A DNA stretch of 64,000 nucleotides from an uncultured Gammaproteobacteria bacterium (GTDB lineage Bacteria; Patescibacteriota; Patescibacteriia; Magasanikbacterales; GWA2-37-8), in contig CAZEDL010000002.1 of NCBI GenBank assembly GCA_964510885.1, forward strand, positions 707-64,706, in the 5' to 3' direction. Within the stretch, counting starts at the first letter, position 1; each line of letters starts with the position of its first letter. The notes under the pieces are model-generated. The model was not told the origin of the DNA. It did no database searches and saw only the letters and a program-made list of their open reading frames with translations. The position numbers and the translations under genes are program-made. This document shows positions 47,235 to 55,738 of the stretch, piece by piece.

Positions 47235-48344
47235 TTAGAGATCAAGCAATACCGCCGCAATCCACGGGAATACTACGGTGGCGTCGCTCTGAATGATTTG
47301 ATAATAGCTCTTAGTTGATAATTTATCCCAAGTGATTTTTTCTTTACCACCGGCGCCAGAGTAGGAGCCATAGGACATTGGGGATGAGCCAATTTCTATA
47401 AACCCAGCCCAGTCGCGTACTTTGCTGTGAAGCTGTAGATCGTGTTTGATAGACGGGACTACGCAAATAGGGAAATCGGCGGCAATACCGCCACCAAGCT
47501 GCAAGAAAGCGATTGGACTATTCTTGGACTCGGCCATGTACCAATCGTAGAGCCAGGTGAAGTAATCAAGGCCAGTTTTCATTACGCGCGGGCTGACGGT
47601 GGGGCTATTTTTATTTTTATATTTACCATTGTAGGTGTAACTGGCAAAGACGTTGCCCATGGTGGAATCTTCAAAGCCAGGAATCACAATGGGGACATTT
47701 TTTTCGTAGGCGGCGTAGGTCCAGCAGTCATTCGGATTAGCAGCTTTATCTGGCTTGATTAGTCCTTCCGCAAATAAGCGACGGAAATATTCGTGCGGGA
47801 AATAGCTCTCCCCTGTCTTCTCGGCTTCTTTCCACATTTTTAATAGGTGCGGCTCCATGATGCGTACACTTTCATCTTCGGGCAGGAAGGTGTCTGTAAT
47901 ACGGCGGAGGCCCGCGTCGCGGAGTTCGGCTTCTTGGTCGGGGGTCAATTCGGTATAGCGTGGGATGTACGAATAGTGGGAATGCGCTACATAGCGGTAA
48001 TACGATTCTTCGTGGTTGGCTCCCGTGGCCGAAATCATATGTACTTTACCTTGGCGGATCAGTTCGGCTAGCATGACCCCCACCTGGAACGAGCTAAGGG
48101 CTCCAGAGATAGTAACCACCAGTTTACCGCCTTTTTTGAGGTGGTCTTTGAGCCAGAGTGCTGCCTGCAGTGTAGATCCTGCGTTGCAGTGATTGAGGGT
48201 ATTCATGGCATAGGCCGATACCGGACTAACGCTCTTTTTTACGGCTTGGCTGATCGTGCCGCCCGACAAAATACGCGTGTTATTTTCCGGGACTATCATT
48301 TTTTTGAGTCCGGCGGACAGTTTGGAAAGTTTGGCTTTGGACAT
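47235..48344 (-). CDS. Deoxyhypusine synthase-like protein (possible homospermidine synthase)
   Basis: DHS-family length and motifs (GGxxxD-like NAD pocket, ...GFEDSTMGN...); sits in the polyamine operon. Confidence 0.65.
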   Translation of the reverse strand: MSKAKLSKLSAGLKKMIVPENNTRILSGGTISQAVKKSVSPVSAYAMNTLNHCNAGSTLQAALWLKDHLKKGGKLVVTISGALSSFQVGVMLAELIRQGKVHMISATGANHEESYYRYVAHSHYSYIPRYTELTPDQEAELRDAGLRRITDTFLPEDESVRIMEPHLLKMWKEAEKTGESYFPHEYFRRLFAEGLIKPDKAANPNDCWTYAAYEKNVPIVIPGFEDSTMGNVFASYTYNGKYKNKNSPTVSPRVMKTGLDYFTWLYDWYMAESKNSPIAFLQLGGGIAADFPICVVPSIKHDLQLHSKVRDWAGFIEIGSSPMSYGSYSGAGGKEKITWDKLSTKSYYQIIQSDATVVFPWIAAVLLDL

Positions 48345-48355
48345 AGGATGAAAAA

Positions 48356-49735
48356 TTACCAGCCGAATAATTTAGCAATTTCTTCGGGTGATTCACGTTT
48401 GCGGAAGACGTTGACGAGACCGTTTTGTAGTACAACTTTGGCTGGAGATGAAAGTAAGCAATGGTGCATGGCAAAGGCATCTTGGTAGGCGCCGGTGTCG
48501 AGCACGGCAATATACATGTCTTCGCCGGGGCCAAGATCTTCAAAGCGCGGCAGGAGCACATGCCCGTCAGCATCGGCATATTTGTCGTCGCTGTCGCAGG
48601 TGAGACCAGATAACCAGACGCGATCTTTCTTTTTAGCATCGAGGTGGGTGGCCGGAATAACATGCCATTTCTGGTGAATGGCCCAAGTGTCGAGCAGGTC
48701 GTTCATAAAGCTGCCATCCACGATATACCACTTTTTGGCGCCGCCATTGCTAGAGTTGTTAATATCTTTGGTGCCGATTACTTTGAAGACCGTGATTTGA
48801 GCTGGTGCAGCAATGTAGCGTCCCCATTCGGTGATGATATTCGGATGGGGCACCCCGGCGCGGTCACTGAGATCTTTGAGAGTAGTGACAATGCGCTTTA
48901 CGACACTTTCTACTTTGTAGAGCGGCTCGGTTTTTTCATAGGGAATCGGGAGGCCACCACCAATATTAATGGTGTCGAGGCTGGGGTTCAATTTGCGGAT
49001 CTTGAGGTAGGCACCGAAGGCTTCACGCACGGCCTGCACCAGATCATTTTCTTTCATAATCATGGAACCGATGTGGTAATGCAGGACTTTCAGATTGCGA
49101 ATTTTGCCGAGGTCGATAATTTCTTGTTCCAAGAGGCCAAACCGGTCGATTTTTTTATCCCAGTGAGAGCTGACTTTGGTCTGAAGATTGATGCGGATAC
49201 CTACATCACCTTTGAATCCACGCAGCGAATCGAGCTCGTCTACCGCTTCGATAATCGGAATGATGGCCAAATTTTTATCTTGTAATTCCTGAATCAGGCG
49301 CAGATATTGGACGGTTTTGGGGCCATTGCAAAGGATGCGGATTTTGGAGTGAAAATTTTCATTTTCCCACATTTTCTTCACCATCCAGAGTTCGTTGGCC
49401 GAGGTGACTTCGAGGTGGGCGCCTTCGGCGACAAGCGGCAAGACAAATTCTTTGCTTTGATTCACTTTCATTGGAAAGTGGTAGGTATATTTGCCTTTAT
49501 ACCCAGCTGATTTCATCGTGGAATAAAAAATCTCCAATAAATTGGAGAGGCGCTGCTCGAGCACGGAGGGCATGAAAATTTTGATGGACGCGTCGAATTT
49601 GCGCGCTAAATCGTAGACAGTGTATTGGTAATTACCTTCGCGAATCACGAGTTCACCATCGGGATTGACGTCAAAAAAATCAGTATTGAATTCTTTTTTA
49701 CCTAGTTTCCAAAATTGCTTGAAATTTTTTTTCAT
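48356..49735 (-). CDS. speA: Arginine decarboxylase, fold-III PLP-dependent (SpeA-like)
   Basis: HFPMKVNQ PLP-lysine motif and NIGGGLPIPY; start taken at MKKNFKQ. Confidence 0.7.
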   Translation of the reverse strand: MKKNFKQFWKLGKKEFNTDFFDVNPDGELVIREGNYQYTVYDLARKFDASIKIFMPSVLEQRLSNLLEIFYSTMKSAGYKGKYTYHFPMKVNQSKEFVLPLVAEGAHLEVTSANELWMVKKMWENENFHSKIRILCNGPKTVQYLRLIQELQDKNLAIIPIIEAVDELDSLRGFKGDVGIRINLQTKVSSHWDKKIDRFGLLEQEIIDLGKIRNLKVLHYHIGSMIMKENDLVQAVREAFGAYLKIRKLNPSLDTINIGGGLPIPYEKTEPLYKVESVVKRIVTTLKDLSDRAGVPHPNIITEWGRYIAAPAQITVFKVIGTKDINNSSNGGAKKWYIVDGSFMNDLLDTWAIHQKWHVIPATHLDAKKKDRVWLSGLTCDSDDKYADADGHVLLPRFEDLGPGEDMYIAVLDTGAYQDAFAMHHCLLSSPAKVVLQNGLVNVFRKRESPEEIAKLFGW

Positions 49736-49775
49736 GCCGCGCCGGGGGTTAGATAAAAATAATAAAAGTAGAGTT

Positions 49776-49804
49776 ATTGTAGCACAAAATAAGGCTTTTG
49801 TCAA
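49776..49804 (-). promoter_or_regulatory. Conserved promoter module (minus strand) TTGACA-17-TGCTACAAT for the polyamine operon
   Basis: CATTGACAAAAGCCTTATTTTGTGCTACAAT; upstream AAAGCCAAAAGG block shared with 32241-32260. Confidence 0.55.
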
Positions 49805-50006
49805 TGCCTTTTGGCTTTAATTTTAGAAATTTTTGAAGAAAATTTTCGCAAGAGTACCGATCTGATGCCGAAAAAGTATCTGAGTATAACTAAATACTAT
49901 TTTTTCTGGCCACTTGATCCAGACGCCAATTAATTTGGCAACTAAACCAGGGGGTTGTCCGTTTTGCGCTCGGGTGAGGCTAGGGGGACAGGGCCTATAG
50001 ATGCTG

Positions 50007-50510
50007 CTAAAGAGTGGGTGGTGTACCGTTGCTTGCCGCAGCGACAGAGAGCACCTCTCTTGCGGCCTGCTGCTGGCCTTTGTACATCAGATAGACAACA
50101 ACCAATGACAGCAGGAAGGCAGCAAGGTGGTAGTAGTTGGTGCGCGGTGAGATACCGGGCAGCACCTGGTTGACCAACCATACAAACACCGGCATCATGG
50201 CAAAAATGGCACGCATTTCAAACGCGCCGACGCCGCGATTCATAGCTTCAAAATAGAGGTAATCGGGAACGAAGAACAGGAATCCGAAGCCTAGGGCAGT
50301 AAAAAGTAGCCAGCCTGATGGTAAATTACCATCCGGATTCCCAGCAGTACGCATTTTGAGCATGATTGCGCCTGTGACGATGAGCATTGGAACATAGAAG
50401 CACGCCATCTGAGCAGGTGTTGAAACCCGCCCAGACAGAAAACGAGCAACGAGAACGTTGAAAAGAGCGCTCGCGAGCATTGCGGCGCACGCAAGAATGA
50501 TTCCAATCAT
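50007..50510 (-). CDS. Membrane protein (167 aa), function unknown
   Basis: Four hydrophobic segments. Confidence 0.4.
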   Translation of the reverse strand: MIGIILACAAMLASALFNVLVARFLSGRVSTPAQMACFYVPMLIVTGAIMLKMRTAGNPDGNLPSGWLLFTALGFGFLFFVPDYLYFEAMNRGVGAFEMRAIFAMMPVFVWLVNQVLPGISPRTNYYHLAAFLLSLVVVYLMYKGQQQAAREVLSVAAASNGTPPTL

Positions 50511-50713
50511 TTTTTCATCTCCTGTGGTTTTGGTTCCGAACAGCGCGCAGCACGCTTACCTAGAAAGAATAAGCATCTGCGTGCTGTTCGGAATACTCAA
50601 AGAACTTGTTCTACAATTATTAGAACAAAGAAATATAGCAAACAATGATAGCGATGTCAATGTTTAGGAATACAAAAAACTAGCAGTTAGGCTAGTTTTT
50701 TGTAGCGAAATGG

Positions 50714-51433
50714 CTAATTATAAAAATCCATCTCAAGTGGCTCGTGAATACCGCGTAGCCGCGTTAATTCGGCTTTGCGGCCGTGAAAAAAGTCAATTGA
50801 TTGGCACACGGCTTCGTGACTCATTTCGGGGGCTAGGAGGCAGAGACCCTCTTCAAAGGCCCGGACCCGGGCGCGGATTTCGTCGACAAGCATTGGATGA
50901 TCAGTTTCCTTATCAGCCAGCTCGTGCAGGCGTTGTAGGTGGCCTTTTATTTCTTCGAGCACAGTTTCAAATTCCACTACTTTGGCCAGATATTTTTGCT
51001 GACTGAGGCCTTTTAACTCTTGTTCGACATAACGGCGCAGATCAAATTGCAGTTCGACCAAGGCTACACAGAGGCGTGTCCGGTCGTCGCTCGTGAAATA
51101 GTCAGCCGGGCGGCCAGAATGCAGCTCGCGTAGATTCCCGCCGTAGGCTTTGAAATCATGGTATTTGGCTTGTAATTCAGCTGGGAGCTTGGGCAAAAAG
51201 AATTTTTCCCCCACGGCAGCTTCGGCCGCAGCTAAAAATTCTTGATAGGCCTTGTTCCAAGGCCAGACTTCGTACCCCCAGGTTATCATGGCGTCTTCGA
51301 TGGCGGTCAGAGTCACTGATTCATCCCTTGAAACATGCTCAATCGCCTCATTCATTTCGTGTTTGAGGTTGTCGGGGAAGAGTGGGGGTAGGTTGTTGTA
51401 GAGTCGCCGAAAGAGGGCGAGGGTGGATTCCAT
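50714..51433 (-). CDS. Hypothetical protein (239 aa)
   Basis: ORF only. Confidence 0.4.
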   Translation of the reverse strand: MESTLALFRRLYNNLPPLFPDNLKHEMNEAIEHVSRDESVTLTAIEDAMITWGYEVWPWNKAYQEFLAAAEAAVGEKFFLPKLPAELQAKYHDFKAYGGNLRELHSGRPADYFTSDDRTRLCVALVELQFDLRRYVEQELKGLSQQKYLAKVVEFETVLEEIKGHLQRLHELADKETDHPMLVDEIRARVRAFEEGLCLLAPEMSHEAVCQSIDFFHGRKAELTRLRGIHEPLEMDFYN

Positions 51434-51437
51434 ATAA

Positions 51438-51908
51438 CTATTGCCGCTTAAGATGTTTAGACAACTCGTAGAGTGCTACCCCTCCCGCAATACTGACATT
51501 TAAACTATTTTTTTTACCACGCATTGGAATTTCAAGGGCTGCATCACAGAGGTCGAGCAGATTTTTGGTGACGCCGGTTTTTTCGTTGCCAAGGATAAGT
51601 GCGAGCGGAAAAGAGAGCTGATACTTATATATACTAACACTCTTTTTAGTTTGCTCCAAGGCAATAATTTGGTATCCGTCGGCTTTTAATTTTTTGATGA
51701 GACGGCCGGGTTGCCTGACATATTCCCAAGGAACGAAATGTTCGGCGCCGAGAGAAACTTTGGCGACTTTGGGGTGGGCGGGAGTTGGCGAATAACCGGT
51801 AATATACACTTTATCTACACCGGCACCGTCGGCAGTGCGGAGCAGTGCGCCGACGTTGTGGGCACTACGGATGTTGGGGAGAATTAAGATAAATTGCGCG
51901 TGATCCAT
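51438..51908 (-). CDS. SpoU/TrmH-family RNA 2'-O-methyltransferase
   Basis: SPOUT motifs (HNVGALLRTADGAG, LILGNEKTGV, NVSIAGGVALYE). Confidence 0.75.
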   Translation of the reverse strand: MDHAQFILILPNIRSAHNVGALLRTADGAGVDKVYITGYSPTPAHPKVAKVSLGAEHFVPWEYVRQPGRLIKKLKADGYQIIALEQTKKSVSIYKYQLSFPLALILGNEKTGVTKNLLDLCDAALEIPMRGKKNSLNVSIAGGVALYELSKHLKRQ

Positions 51909-51951
51909 ATGTCATCGTCTGTTTTAACTGCCTGCTGGTAGGAGCCCGAAT

Positions 51952-52026
51952 AAAGAATCATGAATTACGAATAAAGGAAGCAAAAATGCATTTCCTTACT
52001 TCTTAATTCGTAATTCGTGATTCTTT
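51952..52026. repeat. 21-bp near-perfect inverted repeat (AAAGAATCATGAATTACGAAT ... ATTCGTAATTCGTGATTCTTT) spanning the ruvC stop codon
   Basis: 20 of 21 bp match; contains the GAATTACGAA module shared with R4 and R6; the right arm encodes the RuvC C-terminal HELRIKK. Confidence 0.7.
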
Positions 52027-52499
52027 AGCCACAAAGCCTGTCCTGCAGTGAGCGCTATCGCCAGGGCATCGGCGGCATCGTCGGATTTTACCGGTTGCTT
52101 GAGTTTCAAAATGGTGGCGACGATTTTTTGCATTTGCCCTTTGTCAGCACGGCCGTAACCAGTGACGGATTGTTTTACTTCAAGCGGAGTGAACTCATCG
52201 ATAGCAAGATCATGCTCGATACCGGCTAAGAGCACCACTCCCCGCGCCTGGGCCACCTGAATTGCGGTGGTGATATTTTTGAAAAAGAATAATTCTTCTA
52301 CAGCCAGGCGAGTCGGGTGATAAGTTTTGACCAGATCGGTGACAGCGGTATGGATATCTTTGAGCCGTTCTACAAAGGAGTCCTTCGGATCGGTTTCAAT
52401 ACAGCCGTAGGCAACAGCCTGCCACTCCCTGGTTTTTGTCTGCTCAATAATGCCATAACCCAGGCGACCAAAACCCGGATCGATACCGAGAATTCTCAT
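51996..52499 (-). CDS. ruvC: Crossover junction endodeoxyribonuclease RuvC
   Basis: MRILGIDPGFGRLGYGI... with catalytic D/E residues; the ORF-track N-terminal 9 residues are an extension. Confidence 0.85.
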   Translation of the reverse strand: MRILGIDPGFGRLGYGIIEQTKTREWQAVAYGCIETDPKDSFVERLKDIHTAVTDLVKTYHPTRLAVEELFFFKNITTAIQVAQARGVVLLAGIEHDLAIDEFTPLEVKQSVTGYGRADKGQMQKIVATILKLKQPVKSDDAADALAIALTAGQALWLKNHELRIKK

Positions 52500-52517
52500 A
52501 TAAAACCCTTTAAACAG

Positions 52518-52624
52518 TGTGATCACGAGGAGCGTAGCGACGTCGTGACCCCCTTAATTTTAAAAAATCTGAAAACAGGGGGATTGCCATGTCGGTCGCC
52601 GCGAGACTCTCCTCGCAATGACAC
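52518..52624. repeat. Mosaic palindromic element, copy R8 (GTGTGATCACGAGGAGCG...GTGACCCCC // GGGGGATTGCC...GTCGCCGCGAGACTCTCCTCGCAATGACAC)
   Basis: Imperfect 35-47-bp arms; GTCGCCGCGAG...AATGACA module shared with R4. Confidence 0.65.
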
Positions 52625-52684
52625 TACGATTGCCTTTTTAAACAGCCTCTAAATCACACTACCATTTCCGCCTGGCGGAAATTT

Positions 52685-53407
52685 TCAAGCAGCGTTGGTA
52701 AAATAATCCGCCACATCATCGTGCTCCTCGAGAGCGCCAAATAAATCAGCTAATTTTTCCTGGTCTGCGTCGCTGAGCGCGACAGTATCTTTGGCAATCC
52801 ATTCGATGCCGGAGCGGAGTGGCTCGATACCAGCATCCTTCAGGGCATTGAGCACTTTTTGCAGATTTTCGACTTTGGTACGCACGATTATACCCTCGTC
52901 TTCGTCGCCAATATCTTCGGCTCCGGCTTCGATAAGTTTCATTTCAAGATCAAGGCGGCCATCTTTTAAATAAACCTTACTCACTTCAATCACCCCCCAT
53001 TCACCAAACATCCATTGCACGCTGCCGGGACCACCGATGTTGCCCCCGTTTTTAGAGAAGAGGTGCTTAATTTCTGGGGCAGTACGATTTTTGTTGTTGC
53101 TGACAACTTTGACCAATATCGCAGTGCCGGCCGGCCCAAATCCTTCATACAATAATTCTTCCATACGCGCTTCATCGGCTAATTCGCCGGTACCACGTTT
53201 GACAGCCCGATCGATATTATCTTTTGGCATGCTGGCCGCTTTAGCTTTGTCGATAGCTAGGCGGAGGGAAAAATTAGTGGCCGGGTCGCCACCCTTTTGG
53301 GCGGCTATGGTGACGGCTTTCGCAAGTTTGGTAAACACACCGCTTTTTACGGCGTCTTGTTTGCCTTTTCGGCCTTGAATATTGTGCCATTTGGAATGTC
53401 CGGACAT
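52685..53407 (-). CDS. yebC: YebC/PmpR-family transcriptional regulator
   Basis: MSGHSKWHNIQGRKGKQDA... signature. Confidence 0.9.
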   Translation of the reverse strand: MSGHSKWHNIQGRKGKQDAVKSGVFTKLAKAVTIAAQKGGDPATNFSLRLAIDKAKAASMPKDNIDRAVKRGTGELADEARMEELLYEGFGPAGTAILVKVVSNNKNRTAPEIKHLFSKNGGNIGGPGSVQWMFGEWGVIEVSKVYLKDGRLDLEMKLIEAGAEDIGDEDEGIIVRTKVENLQKVLNALKDAGIEPLRSGIEWIAKDTVALSDADQEKLADLFGALEEHDDVADYFTNAA

Positions 53408-53431
53408 ATTAACGTAGGCTGAAATTATAGT

Positions 53432-53803
53432 TTAATCGATATTTGCTTTAGGAAAGGTAACTGACCAGCCATCAGGAGTTCTCTGTGCGGCAAGGCCTTG
53501 TTCTGCAAGCATTTTGACTTCTTCGTCTGGGTGAATTTTGTATCTTTCCCGCCTTCCCGATCGCCGAGAGCTAGTGCCACTTTTGCTTTGGCCACGAGCC
53601 TGTGACCCTGTTGAAGTCGGTGAAGCAATATCGCCAGTCGGACCTTCGTCTATATCGGTTTGCTCTCCGATAAAGTCTACGTTTTCATCTACGGCCGCTT
53701 CGTCAGGTGCAGGTTTTGTTTTTTCTAAAGCCATTGAATTGAGCACTCCCGTTGGAGCCATAGCAATCTCTTCGGGTGTAGAACGCATTTCAGTATGAGT
53801 CAT
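53432..53803 (-). CDS. Hypothetical low-complexity protein (123 aa)
   Basis: ORF only; S/T/G/R-rich. Confidence 0.3.
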   Translation of the reverse strand: MTHTEMRSTPEEIAMAPTGVLNSMALEKTKPAPDEAAVDENVDFIGEQTDIDEGPTGDIASPTSTGSQARGQSKSGTSSRRSGRRERYKIHPDEEVKMLAEQGLAAQRTPDGWSVTFPKANID

Positions 53804-53813
53804 ATGTTAAAAA

Positions 53814-55667
53814 TTATAAATCTATATACCCGTCTTGATTAAACTTTTTGGCATCAAGCGTGCTATTAGTATTTAGCCACTCTATAAAATCGATTCGACG
53901 TTTTCCGACCATTAACTGTACCTGAGATTTATTTGATTGCAATGGAAAGGCGTACATAGTTTTAACTTTTCCCGCTTGAATCGTCAAACCAACACTGAGG
54001 CCTTCTTGCGTATCCTTAGAAAAATATTGATCAAAAATAAAATTGCCAAGCGAGTAAAAAATAGGACGGTCTTTATATAGCTCCACTTCTTGCACCACAT
54101 GCGGATGAGCACCGATCACTGCGGTTACTCCCCAATCAATAAGGGTGTGGGCCAATTCTTGCTGCGTCGCATGCGAGTGGCGCTGATATTCATGGCCCCA
54201 ATGCATGAAGGCGATTACAGTGTCTGTCTCGGCTTTGGCCTTTTCTACCGTACTTTTGAGGGCCGTCATATCAGTGGGGTGATCAGTGGTATTAATGCCG
54301 ATGAAAGCTACTTTTTCATTTATTCCAGGGATTGATTTTATAAGTAAATACTCGTCGGTTTCTTTCAGTTCGTGGCCAAAATGACTGAGGTCGGCCTCGT
54401 CTAGTGTTTTCATGGTGAAATCGACATTGGCAAACCCCATATCAAGAGTGTGATTATTGGCCAGGCTGACGACATCGAAACCATTGTCTTTAAGAGCGGC
54501 GGCATACTTGGGGTCAAATCGGAAGGCGATGGTTTTGCTGGTGGGCACGCGGCTCGGCGCAAACGGGCCTTCGAGATTGGCTATCATTAAGTCGGTGCCT
54601 GTAAAGAACCGATTCTCGGCACCTTTTAATTTGGCAAAAATGTAATCAAGCCCCTGATTTCCCATGGCTTTAGCCACATTACGATCTAGCATGATATCAC
54701 CAAAAAACTGAAGTGTTATTAATGGACTTTTTTCTGGCTGACCCGGACTAAAATAGCCAATAATATGACTGGTTGTTTCTGTAATTTCGGAATTTCCGAG
54801 GAGTCTTGCACTATTAGTATGGGAAACTTGCCGGAAAGCCTCTATACTGCTTAATTTGTTGTACGTTAGCAAAAATCGTAGGCTAGCCGGACTGTCTATT
54901 TCAATATCCGACAAGCGATCTAAATTACCTGTGGCCAAAATATTAGCTGCCAACTCATCATGAAAGTCAGCTGGGGCCAGTGGTAAATAGTGTGAAAAAT
55001 CAACACTAGCGAGCACGAAGCTGTTTGGCGGAAGCTCTGCTTTCAGCAGTTTTGCAACTGCTTGCAGGGTTGAAGTGGGAGTATTTTCTTTTAAGATAAG
55101 CGGGACTAGTTCGGCGTGCGGCCAGGTGTGTTTGATAAACGGCACCACCGCCCCGATTGAATGCTCAGCATCAATTAATTTTTCGTCGGCAATAGCTAGA
55201 CCAAGTGATTCTAAGGTTTTAACTATCGGTAGATTGACTGGCAATATCCCGTCCGGAGTTTGCCAAGCGCCTTCACTGGTGGCAAGTGCCCATCCTCCAC
55301 GCTGCGAATGATTTGGACCGATGAGCACGACCACGGGTGGCTCTTGCGTACGAGGGCGTTCGAGTGATTTAAAAAATGCCGCGACTGCCTCTCCGGCCAC
55401 CAGATGGTGCGGTATAACGGCTGAATACACTTCTTCGGTAATGCGCTCACTTGAGGTTGCAGAATTATAAAACGAATTGAACAGATTTGGATCAGCTGGA
55501 ATTGTCTGATGAACTGAACTGCCATGTCGGACCACAGATAATTCCTGTACGATGCCGGTGACAGCAGGAAAAGCGTGGCGGTACAGAGCCTTGCCAAGAC
55601 AAAAAGCACCTGCCATAGCAAGCACAAAACTTACAACAATAATAACAACGACTAGGAGACGGTTCAT
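53814..55667 (-). CDS. Membrane-anchored fusion of a Memo/AmmeMemoRadiSam-system-protein-B-like domain and a CapA-family (poly-gamma-glutamate biosynthesis) metallophosphatase domain
   Basis: N-terminal TM (MNRLLVVVIIVVSFVLA); Memo-like AVIPHHLVAGE; CapA-like DVVSLANNHTLDMG ... GAHPHVVQ; the ORF-track start at 55760 runs through the upstream terminator and is not real. Confidence 0.6.
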   Translation of the reverse strand: MNRLLVVVIIVVSFVLAMAGAFCLGKALYRHAFPAVTGIVQELSVVRHGSSVHQTIPADPNLFNSFYNSATSSERITEEVYSAVIPHHLVAGEAVAAFFKSLERPRTQEPPVVVLIGPNHSQRGGWALATSEGAWQTPDGILPVNLPIVKTLESLGLAIADEKLIDAEHSIGAVVPFIKHTWPHAELVPLILKENTPTSTLQAVAKLLKAELPPNSFVLASVDFSHYLPLAPADFHDELAANILATGNLDRLSDIEIDSPASLRFLLTYNKLSSIEAFRQVSHTNSARLLGNSEITETTSHIIGYFSPGQPEKSPLITLQFFGDIMLDRNVAKAMGNQGLDYIFAKLKGAENRFFTGTDLMIANLEGPFAPSRVPTSKTIAFRFDPKYAAALKDNGFDVVSLANNHTLDMGFANVDFTMKTLDEADLSHFGHELKETDEYLLIKSIPGINEKVAFIGINTTDHPTDMTALKSTVEKAKAETDTVIAFMHWGHEYQRHSHATQQELAHTLIDWGVTAVIGAHPHVVQEVELYKDRPIFYSLGNFIFDQYFSKDTQEGLSVGLTIQAGKVKTMYAFPLQSNKSQVQLMVGKRRIDFIEWLNTNSTLDAKKFNQDGYIDL

Positions 55668-55695
55668 ACAGCGATATGCTAACTTACTTGGATAT

Positions 55696-55728
55696 AAAAA
55701 ACAAGCGGCACGAGCCGCTTGTTTTTTA
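55696..55728. terminator. Rho-independent terminator 3' of the 595-aa secreted-protein gene
   Basis: AAAAAACAAGCGGC-ACGA-GCCGCTTGTTTTTT. Confidence 0.7.
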
Positions 55729-55738
55729 TCAGTCTTTT

